Positions 17,201 through 29,635 are shown, numbered from the stretch's first letter. The stretch: DNA of 64,000 nucleotides from Salpingoeca rosetta (GCA_033442325.1 JAWQFM010000013.1:396069-460068); one strand, 5' to 3'. Numbers and translations are program-made. Notes: generated by a model from the letters alone, not told the origin.

Positions 17201-19633
17201 ACACCTTCTAGCTATCTTTCCAACCAATTGCTGCCCATGGCACTCATGTCCTCATCGAGACCCGAAGACGCACATACAACTGCCGAATTTCCGATCACTT
17301 ACACACACACACACATACACACACATACACACATACACACATACACACTGGCAGGTTGCTGTTCGGGAGTCTGATGGCGTGGTTGGCGTTGTTGGCCGTA
17401 CAGACGCGTTTACGCGGCCGTTCACCTTCACCTCTGCGACGCTCGTACTGCGCTTCCTCGGTGTCGCTGACGACAACCTTGGTAATGTCACCTGGACCCT
17501 CACCAAGGACAGCCACGTCGGCGTGGAGTATGAGTACTCGTACAACCCGAACAAGGGCCCGCTCGCAGCGTCGACGGTCGCCGGCTTCCTCACGCTACTC
17601 GACAGCACGCCGCCCATCTTCTCCTTCTGCCCAGCAAACATCAGCGCGCCCACCAACATTGGCAAGAACTACCTCACAGCCAGCTGGCCCTCCCCGGTGG
17701 CAACAGACAACCGTAACCGCACGTATCTGAGCAGCAACTTTGCCTCGGGCCACCGCTTCCCGCTGCGGAAGCCCGGCACAGGGCCCTGGACGGTCATGTA
17801 CACGGCGACCGATGCGTTTGGCAACACTGCACCCTGCACTTTCACTGTCACCATCACCGACACGGAGCGTCCAGTCCCGAGCCCCTCGCACACGGTGTAC
17901 AAGACCCTGCCAGCAACGGCTAGCACGGTGTTTGTTGGTATTGACGAGCTCATGCCTGCGTCTGTGATGGACAACGCCATGATGACCGACCAGGCAGGTG
18001 ACCCCATCCCATGGACGCAACCCAGGCTTACTGAAGACAACACCCCCGACAACAACCGCTACGGGCTTGGCGTACACATGGTGGAGCTGTGGTTCACGGA
18101 TGCATTCAACAACACGGCGCCGGCATACACTTTCATCAACGTGACGGACGTGACGGCGCCCGAGCGGGTCACGTGCCCCGGGTCAAAGGGCGTGTCGACA
18201 CCGCTTGATGAGTCAGCGGCAATTGTCAACTGGACCATGCCAACCTTCAGGGACAACAGCGGGGTTCCGCCAGTTGTCACCTCCAGCCACGTGTCTGGCT
18301 CCGAGTTTGCCATTGGCAAGCACACCATCACCGTCACAGCTTTCGATGCGTCTGGCAATGAGGCGCTCATCCCTTGCACATTTGAAATTACAGTTTTCGC
18401 GAATGTGTCGGCGCCCCCGCCGCCCCCATTCTCCAACAGCACCATCGGCCCCTTTGCGAGCAGGTCGCAGGATACGGGCGTGATTGCCGGCGCAGGCGCT
18501 GCTGGTGGGCTGTTGCTGATTGGCGTTGTGATGGGCATAATGTTTGTCAACCGCATTCGCGCACGGTCCCGCGCGCCGCAGAACTGGGAGGACATCTTCA
18601 AGCTCATGGATCAGTTTAAGGACTGCGAGGAGGGCCCACGGTGAGTGACTTGCGTGTGGCGTCTTGCTGGTGAACTGTCATGGCTGTGACCTGTCCTTAG
18701 CACTTTGCATGGGTGCTGTGTACCTGTGTGTTGTTGTTATTATTCGTGCTGGTGCTGGTGCTGTTGCTGCTTCAAGTAAGTGCACGAGGGCTGGTGGTGC
18801 TCGCTTGTAACCATTGGTCGATCGCCATTCATGCCATCACACACCGTGTGTTGACGTTCATTTATCCACTCACCCCAAAACCATACGTCGGTTCGCTGTG
18901 CATGTCATGGACTGCCCATCATGTGCACGTGCAGGTACCCGCGCGAGCTGGACCGCGCAGCACTTAAGCTGCTTGAAGAACTGGGCAAGGGCGCTTTCGG
19001 CGTTGTCTACAAGGGCCTCTTGAAGGAACACGCACATATCCCAGGCTACCTCGTTGCTGTCAAGTCACTGCACGAGAAGGTGTGTGCTTGCGTGCATACG
19101 TGCTTGTGCGCGTGTATGCTTGCGTGTGCGTATGCGCGTGTATGCTTGCGTGTGCGTATGCGCGTGTGCGTATGCCTGTATTGCCACTCTGTTTGTCCTT
19201 ACACGGTGCAATGTGTTTTCGTTTGTCGCACACTATTCCTCTGTTTCGTTGACAGGGAACGCTGGCTGACCGACAAGAGCTGCTGGAGGAGGCGGCCGTT
19301 ATGGCGCAGTTTGTCAACCCACACGTTGTTGAGCTTGTCGGTGTCATCACCGTGGGCAAGCCCGTGTACGTTGTCACCGAGTTCATGGAGCATGGTGCTC
19401 TCAAGTCGTACCTGGAGGATAACGACGTGCCTGTTGACAAGCTGGTCATGTGGGCCGGCGACTGCTGCGAGGGTCTTGCGCACGTCCACGGCAAGGGCTT
19501 CATCCACCGTGACGTTGCTGCGCGCAACGTGCTGCTCTCCAGCGAGATGCGATGCAAGATCAGCGACTTTGGCCTCGCTCGCGAGATTGAAGAGGACGAC
19601 ACATGTGCGTAGTGCTCTCATTGCGTGCTTATT

Positions 19634-19664
<31 letters not shown>

Positions 19665-21663
19665 TTGTGCGAGTACTGCTCTTCTTCTGTCTTCTTGTGT
19701 GTTTGTGAGCGTTTGTGTGTTTGTGAGCGTTTGTGTGTTTGTGAGTGCTTGAAGGTTGATGAGCGGTGGCATGATCCTGCTTGATGTTGAACTCGATTGT
19801 TGCCTTGCTCTCTCTCTCACACACACACACACATGACAGACTACAAGTCCCGTGGCGGCCAGCTGCCTGTTCGCTGGACGGCAATTGAGGCCTTGGAGGA
19901 GCGAAAGTTCAACGAGAAGACAGACGTGTGGAGCTGCGGCATTCTCCTCTACGAGATGTGGACACGCGCTGACCTCCCATACAAGGGCTGGTCCAACCAG
20001 AAGGTGTGGGTCGAGGTTGCTGCCGGCCATAGGCTGTCCAAGCCAGACGGCTGCCGCGACGACGTGTATGAGCGCATGCTCGCGTGCTGGAGCGAGAGTC
20101 AGGACGATCGCCCCACCTTCGCCCAACTTTCCGAGTTCTTCCGCACGCTGTACAAGGAGCTCACGGGCGAAGACCTCAACGCACAGGACTACCTCGAGGT
20201 GAGTCTGGCGTGGCGTGCGCTCACACACCGCACCGTGCCTTGTTGAGGGTGGCAGCAATGTTGATGCAACGCGTTTCAAACTGGCCCATATTCACCCAAT
20301 TCACAACAATCTTGTTTTTGTGTGTGTACGTGCTTTTTGATGTTTGTAGGTGGATGCCACTGCAGAGACGGAGCCTGTGGAGAAGAAGCGCGGGCTGAAG
20401 GGCCTGCTTCGTCGCTTGAGCGGAAAGCATTTCTCCAACCCGCTGTACAAGGCAGATGCAGACGATGGTGATGACGATGGGGACAACAACAACGATAACG
20501 ACGATGACCCCAATGCTGCTCTGTATGACATGGGTGAGGACGAGCCCACAGCGCCCCTCCCGGACGAGCGGGATGAGAACGCAGACCTGTACGACATGGG
20601 CGATGACAACAACGACAATGCCTTCACCACCACCACCTCCCTTGGAGCCTTGCCAGAGGAGGAGGAGGAAGAAGAAGACCAGAACGGCGCGGAGGGTGCC
20701 GACCTGTATGACATGGGTGATGACAACGAAACCGGTGGTACTGAGGGCGCAGACCTGTATGACATGGGTGATGACGAGCCTCAGATGGCAGCAACGTCCT
20801 TCCGGCCCCAGCAGGACCTCGAGGGTGCAGACCTGTATGACATGGGCGATGATAGTGCAGGCACAGCTCCTGTGAAGGAGGTCAGTTGGTGACGTGCACA
20901 TTGGTGGGGTTGGTTGCAACACTGATGCCTTCTTCTGTCGACGTTTCAGCTCCACCCCCATGACCACGCACTCAACACGCAACACACCACATCAATCCGC
21001 AAGCGCACACAAATCTCACAAAATACACACACATGTGCTGCTCACCCTGTTGACTTTGCACTGCACCGTGTTTCCATTCGAACCAGAACATCTCTGGCTT
21101 TGGATTCCAGGAGACTGGATTTGGCATGGCCGCCCAGCAGCCGCCGCAGCAAGACTTCAGCCAGGACCTCTACGGCAACATGGGCAACGATGACAACGAG
21201 CCCGCAACCACAACCTTTGGCCGAACAGGTAATGCAGTCATGTCACACACACATGACACGTGCCGTGGTACAGATCCATGATTGGCCAATGCCTTCTGGC
21301 AGGCACCTTTGTAGTTGTCCGCCATGCAAAGTTGCAATGTTTTTATATTGTAGCGCCTCTTAAGCAAGAAAACATTGACTCACCGTACTTCCATCCTGTT
21401 TCCTTGTCGTTGGCGTTGTACGCGCAGCCGGAGACGTGTCTGCTGCGGACGTTGGCAAGCGCGTTTCCGTGCAAGGGTACGCATGCAAGGGCACGCTACG
21501 TTTCTTCGGCAACCACAGCGTCACGCGCGCAGTGCGCTGCGGTGTTGAGCTTGACCAGCCCCTTGGCAAGAACAACGGCACTGTCAAAGGCCACAAGTAC
21601 TTCTCCTGCAAGGACAAGCACGGCGTCCTCTGCCATCCAGGCAAAGTGTCTGTGATTGAGTGA
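8261..21663 (+). CDS. Large multi-exon receptor tyrosine kinase (C-type lectin x2, Cys-rich/TNFR-like repeats, PAN/apple, cadherin-like, HYR repeats, TM, TyrK, LYDMG repeats, CAP-Gly); 5' end not visible
   Basis: CTLD: MWIGLQR, CSNNFLFVCR. Cys repeats: PTxxxxRxC. HYR: DSTPPIFSFCP...YTATDAFGNTAPCTFTVTI. TM ~18475-18555. Kinase motifs LGKGAFGVV, VAVK, HRDVAARN, DFGLAR, LPVRWTAIEAL, DVWSCG. CAP-Gly: CGVELDQPLGKNNGTVKGHKYF. Confidence 0.92.
20512..20853 (+). repeat. Five coding copies of an acidic (A/D)LYDMG(D/E)D tyrosine motif in the RTK tail
   Basis: ctgta[ct]gacatggg recurs at about 20521, 20587, 20704, 20755 and 20833. Confidence 0.9.
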
Positions 21664-22213
21664 ACGGTTCATGCGTATGAACGCGAGCGTTGTCCGCACT
21701 GGCTGTTGGCTCAACACGACTCCTGGCGTTTGCCTGTGGTGATTATGATGTCGCTTCCACCCGACACCAAGTGTTTCAGTGTTGTTGTGCTCACGGTTTC
21801 CCGTCGTTCTGTATTCTTCCTGATCCCTGGAGGCGTTTGCATCCTTCCTATTCGTCTCTTCCGTCCTATCCTGTTGATACTGCTTTTGCTTGCACCATGT
21901 TTGGACGTGTGCTGTTGTATTGTTGTGCCTTTCTGCTTTGTGCACATACACCCGCGCCCCCAAAGTGAGCAGCACACGGTGTTTCGTTGCCCAAGCTGAC
22001 TTTATTTTGTATGAACAATGAAACAATCGCATCAGCCTATGCACAACTGCGAGAGAGCATAACGAGAGTGAGGGAGAGGGTGGAATCACGTGCATCACAC
22101 ACAAGACGCATCTCCAGCACAAGAACACCAGTTATTACATGGAGAAGAAGAAGAGGGTTGCCAATCATAAACACATGCTGTTTGGTTGATTGTTTGTTTG
22201 ACCATGGTCGAAG

Positions 22214-25200
22214 TCATGGCAGCAAAGGTACTGCTCGCACACGCGCGGGCCGCTTTCTCCACTGCTTTCGACGGCCGGGTGACGACGGGGTGGGTGGCTC
22301 GTTCGTGTCAAACTCAACCACCGCCTCGCTGTCAGCAAACCGCACCCTCGACCCATTCCGACTCTGCCCGCAACCAAACAAGTGAGGGTGAGTGAAGGCA
22401 GACACTCTGTGAGCCAATGAAGCAACGTACAGCAAAAGCACAACCGAAAAAAGCGGCAAGCACCACTCAACATCACGACTTTGACATCACGAACCTTGCT
22501 TGGAGGCAGCAACTCTGTGTGGCGCCGTTTCGTCAGCCCTTGCGATAGCTTGCGCCGCGCACGCCTGTGATGGTGCGGTGACACACCGGCACCACGCTGC
22601 ATTTCTTGAAGAAAGTCCTCGACAACACGGGGCGACTCGCCAATGGCAGAAGCAACAGGCGACAGCAGCACTCTCGTAGGCGGGAGATAGTGAGCTGTGA
22701 AAGCCAAAGTACAAGTGTGAGGGCAAAGGCTAAGCAACGTACCTAAAACACGGAAAGGCGGAAGAAGGTTGAAAAAGATATGCAAACAAAAAGCAGGATC
22801 AAGCAGTCAACATTGCACCTTGTGGTGAGGGCACGAAAGGTAACCGCCAAGACGTAGAGTGGTCATGCCCGCGGTACGACGTCGACGACGTTGTCTGCAG
22901 GTCCATGGAAGGCCGCTCATCACCATCATCACCAGCGCCCGCACCGCTCAACCGCTCGCCCTCGCGTCGGTAAAGACCAAGGTCGTGCCCGCGGTACGAC
23001 GTCGACGACGTTGTCTGCAGGTCCATGGAAGGCCGCTCATCACCATCATCGCCAGCGCCCGCACCGCTCAACCGCTCGCCCTCGCGTCGGTAAAGACCAA
23101 GGTCGTGCCCGCGGTACGACGTCGACGACGTTGTCTGCAGGTCCATGGAAGGCCGCTCATCACCATCATCACCAGCGCCCGCACCGCTCAACCGCTCGCC
23201 CTCGCGTCGGTAAAGACCAAGGTCGTGCCCGCGGTACGACGTCGACGACGTTGTCTGCAGGTCCATGGAAGGCCGCTCATCACCATCATCACCAGCGCCC
23301 GCACCGCTCAACCGCTCGCCCTCGCGTCGGTAAAGACCAAGGTCGTGCCCGCGGTACGACGTCGACGACGTTGTCTGCAGGTCCATGCAAGGCGCTCATC
23401 ACCATCATCACCAGCGCCCGCACCGCTCAACCGCTCGCCCTCGCGTCGGTAAAGACCAAGGTCGTGCCCGCGGTACGACGTCGACGACGTTGTCTGCAGG
23501 TCCATGGAAGGCCGCTCATCACCATCATCACCAGCGCCCGCACCGCTCAACCGCTCGCCCTCGCGTCGGTAAAGACCAAGGTCGTGCCCGCGGTACGACG
23601 TCGACGACGTTGTCTGCAGGTCCATGGAAGGCCGCTCATCACCATCATCGCCAGCGCCCGCACCGCTTAACCGCTCGCCCTCGCGTCGGTAAAGACCAAG
23701 GTCGTGCCCGCGGTACGACGTCGACGACGTTGTCTGCAGGTCCATGGAAGGCCGCTCATCACCATCATCGCCAGCGCCCGCACCGCTCAACCGCTCGCCC
23801 TCGCGTCGGTAAAGACCAAGGTCGTGCCCGCGGTACGACGTCGACGACGTTGTCTGCAGGTCCATGGAAGGCCGCTCATCACCATCATCACCAGCGCCCG
23901 CACCGCTCAACCGCTTGCTTAAACCATCATGCCCAAGCACCACCTGGTCCTCGGCCGGCGGCACAATCGCCTTCTGCCGCGCACTCGCATAGTCGTACGA
24001 CGTGAAGTCGCGCCGGCTGCTGCTCAGGAACCGCTTCTCGTCGCCAACGCCGTCCCCGCCCTCAAGCCGCACGTTGCTCTCCCGCCGAGGCACAGCCCGC
24101 GCACGCGCCTGCTCTGCGCTCTTCGCGCTGTACTCCGCACGGTTCGACGTCACAAACCGCCCGGCATCCCCAGCGCCGCTGCCACCAGCGTCGCGCTCGT
24201 GCCCAAGCACCACCTGGTCCTCGGCCGGCGGCACAATCGCCTTCTGCCGCGCACTCGCATAGTCGTACGACGTGAAGTCGCCGCCGGCTTGCTGCTCAGG
24301 AACCGCTCCTCGTCGCCAACGCCGTCCCCGCCCTCAAGCCGCACGTTGCTCTCCCGCCGAGGCACAGCCCGCGCACGCGCCTGCTCAGCGCTCTTCGCGC
24401 TGTACTCCGCACGGTTCGACGTCACAAACCGCCCGGCATCCCCAGCGCCGCTGCCACCAGCGTCGCGCTCGTGCCCAAGCACCACCTGGTCCTCGGCCGG
24501 CGGCACAATCGCCTTCTGCCGCGCACTCGCATAGTCGTACGACGTGAAGTCGCGCCGGCTGCTGCTCAGGAACCGCTCCTCGTCGCCAGCGCCGTCCCCG
24601 CCCTCAAGCCGCACGTTGCTCTCCCGCCGAGGCACAGCCCGCGCACGCGCCTGCTCAGCGCTCTTCGCAGACTGTACTCCGCACGGTTCGACGTCACAAA
24701 CCGCCCGGCATCCCCAGCGCCGCTGCCACCAGCGTCGCGCTCGTGCCCAAGCACCACCTGGTCCTCGGCCGGCGGCACAATCGCCTTCTGCCGCGCACTC
24801 GCATAGTCGTACGACGTGAAGTCGCGCCGGCTGCTGCTCAGGAACCGCTCCTCGTCGCCAACGCCGTCCCCGCCCTCAAGCCGCACGTTGCTCTCCCGCC
24901 GAGGCACAGCCCGCGCACGCGCCTGCTCAGCGCTCTTCGCGCTGTACTCCGCACGGTTCGACGTCACAAACCGCCCGGCATCCCCAGCGCCGCTGCCACC
25001 AGCGTCGCGCTCGTGCCCAAGCACCACCTGGTCCTCGGCCGGCGGCACAATCGCCTTCTGCCGCGCACTCGCATAGTCGTACGACGTGAAGTCGCGCCGG
25101 CTGCTGCTCAGGAACCGCTCCTCGTCGCCAGCGCCGTCCCCGCCCTCAAGCCGCACGTTGCTCTCCCGCCGAGGCACAGCCCGCGCACGCGCCTGCTCAG

Positions 25201-26251
25201 CGCTCTTCGCGCTGTACTCCGCACGGTTCGACGTCACAAACCGCCCGGCATCCCCAGCGCCGCTGCCACCAGCGTCGCGCTCGTGCCCAAGCACCACCTG
25301 GTCCTCGGCCGGCGGCACAATCGCCTTCTGCCGCGCACTCGCATAGTCGTACGACGTGAAGTCGCGCCGGCTGCTGCTCAGGAACCGCTCCTCGTCGCCA
25401 ACGCCGTCCCCGCCCTCAAGCCGCACGTTGCTCTCCCGCCGAGGCACAGCCCGCGCACGCGCCTGCTCAGCGCTCTTCGCGCTGTACTCCGCACGGTTCG
25501 ACGTCACAAACCGCCCGGCATCCCCAGCGCCGCTGCCACCAGCGTCGCGCTCGTGCCCAAGCACCACCTGGTCCTCGGCCGGCGGCACAATCGCCTTCTG
25601 CCGCGCACTCGCATAGTCGTACGACGTGAAGTCGCGCCGGCTGCTGCTCAGGAACCGCTCCTCGTCGCCAACGCCGTCCCCGCCCTCAAGCCGCACGTTG
25701 CTCTCCCGCCGAGGCACAGCCCGCGCACGCGCCTGCTCAGCGCTCTTCGCGCTGTACTCCGCACGGTTCGACGTCACAAACCGCCCGGCATCCCCAGCGC
25801 CGCTGCCACCAGCGTCGCGCTCGTGCCCAAGCACCACCTGGTCCTCGGCCGGCGGCACAATCGCCTTCTGCCGCGCACTCGCATAGTCGTACGACGTGAA
25901 GTCGCGCCGGCTGCTGCTCAGGAACCGCTCCTCGTCGCCAAACGCCGTCCCCGCCCTCAAGCCGCACTTTTATTTTGTGCTGTGTTTGTACGTCATTATC
26001 ATCATCCTCATGTAGGATGCCGTTGCCTGCTTGCATGGCTTTTTTGTTTTGTTCGCGTTGTGGCTTGCGCTGGTTGTACTGTGCCATATTGGCGCCATCA
26101 TTGTCATCACGTTCGTCATCGGAGGATGACCCCGCGCTTGCTGCTGTACTTCGTCGTCTGCTCTCCTGTGCTGATCGTTGCTTTTTGTAGTCCCCATAAA
26201 ACTGGTCCAGCACCGCAACAGCTTCGGGCTCATAATGGCTTGTCTGTTTCA
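22214..26251 (-). CDS. Repeat-rich protein with ~24 Mn-like motifs (candidate SAXO-type microtubule inner protein); assembly shows several frameshifts; boundaries approximate
   Basis: Minus-strand ORFs 25737-26348, 24566-25960, 23308-24234 and 22799-23386 form one repeating protein. The motifs SSSRRDF, TSNRAEY and TTSSTSY all fit [TS][TS]x4[YF]. Confidence 0.65.
22862..23915. repeat. Tandem array, 120-bp unit, ~8.8 nearly identical copies (40-aa coding unit)
   Basis: Units start at about 22862, 22982, 23102, 23222, 23342, 23461, 23581, 23701 and 23821. Confidence 0.97.
23930..25968. repeat. Tandem array, 270-bp unit, ~7.5 nearly identical copies (90-aa coding unit)
   Basis: gcccaagcaccacctggtcctcggccggcggcacaatc... 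recurs every 270-272 bp. Confidence 0.97.
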
Positions 26252-27720
26252 TTATCCGTGATCTTCGCTTAAACTCACGCTTCGTATGCGTGTGTGGCCT
26301 TCCGCACTCTAATTTCACGGCACCTCTGTCTCTGCTGCCCCCTCGCACATTGATATGCCTCGTCCTTTCTTCCTTACTCTCGCTGATTGTGCTTTGCTGC
26401 AGCTAGCTGTTGTGGCTGCTTCTCGCCCGCGTTTTGTAGCAAAGCAACAACACTGGTCGAGACCGTCGAAATATTGATTAAGATATTGCTAATCGCCCAT
26501 ACTTGCTGTGGTAGACAATCTGCTAACATGTTCCTATTGTTTTCGGCTGCCGCGTCCGCGAAAAAACACGACAAGAATAAATAAAATAAATTAATCTATT
26601 GTATTGTGGTGTGCGTGTTTGTGCTCGTCAACCAACAACGGTTTGACCATTTTCCTGACACCACCCCAATCAACAAAACAATTTCCTGCCAACCCCTTTT
26701 GTTCTTTCTGTTGTTCTTTGCTCTTTTGCTTGCTTCTTGTTTTCTCTTCTTGTTTTCTGCTTGCGTTGTTGCGTGCCGCTGTCGTGTCGTGCTTGTTCGT
26801 GTTGTGCTGTGTGGCTGGTGGTTATTTTCGATTGTCGTCGTGGCTGTTTCTTTGTTGGCGTGTGCGTTGTCGAGGTGTGTGAGCCGGTCGTTCGCTCGTG
26901 GCCTTGTCCGCGCCGGGTTTGGTTGATTTGTTTCGACCGCACCTTATCAACAACAACAGCACTCGCGCCCGGCTTGACCCATCTCCCGTCCGTCCAAGTC
27001 GTGGTGCGTTGCCTGTGGGGGTTTTCGGAGGTTGCCAAGGTTTTGTTGTGCTTCCTTGCCACGTTGACTGTGTTGAGGAAGGAAGGAAGGAAGGAAGGAA
27101 GGAAGGAAGGGTGCGTTCCATGGAGTCATTGCTGCTGTTTGGTGGAGGACATGTTTTTTTTTTTGTGCGGAGTGTGATGTGCTCGTGTGCGTATTGAAGC
27201 CAGCAGCAGCGACAGCATCACGAATGAATGGCGGCGTGAAGGGGTTGAACCAATTTAGCCCAGACCAACGTGCCAACACAGCAATGAACCATGATGATGA
27301 CGATGATGATGATGATAGACACAGCGGAGGGCGGAGATGTGATTTGCTGATAGCCTTGTGTGTGTGTGTGTGTGTCGTGTTGTGTCCTCCATTTCATGTC
27401 AACATGAGCTCCACCCGTTCGTTGCTTCTTATTTTTGACTTTGTCTTCGTTCCTCGTCGTGAATGCTCACCTTTTGCTTCCATCCCCTTCTTCTTGTCCT
27501 GTTGTGCATCATTTTTGTCCATCGTTACCGTTGCCCCCCTCACGTGGACTTGTCCGCGTGGCACTTTTCACGACGACGACAACAGCAACGAAACCGACGA
27601 CAGCGACAGGCACACGCACCCTCAGAGCAGCTGGGGCGGGTTGATTGAGGCAACAACTCCGATTGACTTTGTTGTTGCGGGCACGACTGAGCTCCAACCA
27701 CTCTTTTGCTGGTTCCGGGC

Positions 27721-29103
27721 ATGTCCTTGCACATTGAAGGATGGGGGTTCTTGGAAGACGACTCGTATGTGCCGTATCAAGGCATTGAGGCCATGCGCAC
27801 GCAGTCGTACGAGAAGCTTGCTTCAAGCAACTGCTCGCTCTGCCGCGCTGTCCTCATCAAGCGGTCGCTGCCTCGCCTGGACCAACTAAGCCAACGCATG
27901 CATGCTGGCGCCTTGAGCCCCACCGCCCACATTCCACGGGAGCCCCCGACCTCGCTGTCCCCACCGCTCACGCCCGTGGATGACCAGTTTCCCGCGCTCG
28001 GGGAGCCCAGCACGGCAGACATTGACGAGTTTGAGGATGCGTTTGCGGATGTGTGTGAGGACTCGTTTTATCTTCAAAGGGCGAACGACAACGCTGGTTT
28101 GGACATGAGCGGGCTTCGTGTACGCTCGAGGCGAGCAAGCCTTGACGAAAGGCGTGCGCTGTCGCCAGAACCAGCACCCGCCACAACTGCTGCCGCGACA
28201 TCGGGTGACCACCGCCGCGATGCGACAATGCCTGTTGCTGGCTCGCCCGCGCCATCGACCAACGAGCAGAAAACCCCCCTTCTTGCGTCGTTATCACAGG
28301 CGCCACTCTCCTCCACATCACCCTGCTCCTCCGTCACGGGCCCCCTTTCTGACCAGCCCTGCGATGAGGGCGAGCTTGACACCGTGTCTGGGTGCGCACC
28401 GACACCGCCTTCTCTCTTCAACGACCACCTCCGACAGTCATCATCGACAAGGAATGTGCTTGGTGGCACCGACGCTGCCTTTGGGCATGTCAATGCAGCG
28501 CTGTCATTTGGTGCCATGGGGCACGAAGACCAGCAGCGCCTGCTCACTTGCGGCTTTGCGACCAGCAGCGCCAACAGGAGGGGCGTCATGGACAACAACG
28601 CAGCACCTGGGATTTATGCCGACTTGCACGCCAAAGCCACGAGCCAGCTCGGCGGCGGTGACCGCACGTATGTTGATGACAATGAGCAGGACGACGATGA
28701 TGACGACGACGACAGGAACAGCCTGGACAGTTTTAGTGACGACAGTCCTGTGAGCGGCAACAGCTTGAGCGATGATCCCGCGCTCATGCCCACACCGACC
28801 ATTGCCGATGTCATGAGCGACGATGTGGCGTTTGCCGCTCGCTGGAGCGCAAAGCGGTCCTATGCAGACTCACTCCCAGCCAGTCGCAGGGGAAGCGTGT
28901 GTGGCCGTGATGCTGGCATGGGCGACATTTGCGGCGGCAAGGGCTTTTACAGCAACAGAAGCAATGCTACCGACGGTGACGACGACGACGATGATGTGTT
29001 TGAGCCCCCAACCAAGACAAGCCGACCCTCGACGCCATGCCATGTTGCCGAGCAGACTGCGTCTGTGTCGCGGCTCTCTCCAACGGTTATGGCGCTGGTG
29101 TGA
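27721..29103 (+). CDS. Intronless ~460-aa mostly disordered acidic/Ser-rich protein with an N-terminal SERTA-like segment
   Basis: Long uninterrupted ORF without microsatellites. MRTQSYEKLASSNCSLCRAVLIKRSLPRL resembles the SERTA pattern S..KL...LRRSVLI.N.L. Confidence 0.6.
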   Translation: MSLHIEGWGFLEDDSYVPYQGIEAMRTQSYEKLASSNCSLCRAVLIKRSLPRLDQLSQRMHAGALSPTAHIPREPPTSLSPPLTPVDDQFPALGEPSTADIDEFEDAFADVCEDSFYLQRANDNAGLDMSGLRVRSRRASLDERRALSPEPAPATTAAATSGDHRRDATMPVAGSPAPSTNEQKTPLLASLSQAPLSSTSPCSSVTGPLSDQPCDEGELDTVSGCAPTPPSLFNDHLRQSSSTRNVLGGTDAAFGHVNAALSFGAMGHEDQQRLLTCGFATSSANRRGVMDNNAAPGIYADLHAKATSQLGGGDRTYVDDNEQDDDDDDDDRNSLDSFSDDSPVSGNSLSDDPALMPTPTIADVMSDDVAFAARWSAKRSYADSLPASRRGSVCGRDAGMGDICGGKGFYSNRSNATDGDDDDDDVFEPPTKTSRPSTPCHVAEQTASVSRLSPTVMALV

Positions 29104-29635
29104 GCTCTTGTTATCTTCCCAGATGCCCGGAGCATGTGTGTCCCGTGATGTTCTTGTGGAATGCGTGCGCGTGCTTGTCTTGATGCGTCGTGAACCACCA
29201 TTGTTGCTGGTTTGAACACTTTGTCTTCGCTTAGGGTGCAGCCTCGCTCGTCTGGCCTTCTCTCTCTCCTTCTCTCTGTTTTGTTTGTCCCTTGTGTGCT
29301 GTTGTCACATCGCATCTCAACATCACATCACCTATTCAACTTCCCCTCCCCTCTTTTGTTCGTGATCACCCCCTCTTCACCCCCTCTTGTTGCACAATTC
29401 AGAAAGGCCTTTGGTGCCAACGTGTCTCTCCCTATCTCTCTCTCTCTCTTGTGTGTACATACCTACTCACAGCAAGCCTGCTTCGGCAGGCACTCATACA
29501 CAGGATATAACTGACTGACTGACGCTTGGCACAACACAAAAGCGAGTGAGAGAGGGAGAGGCAGTGAAAGAAGGAGGACACCAGAAACTCAACGCTCAAA
29601 CAACAAACAAACAAAAGTTGTCTCGTCAATCCTTC

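Noticed and set aside
22862-25968. Tandem arrays as a CRISPR array or non-coding satellite
   Set aside because: There are no unique spacers and no cas genes. Unit lengths are multiples of 3 and stay open on the minus strand, so these are coding repeats.
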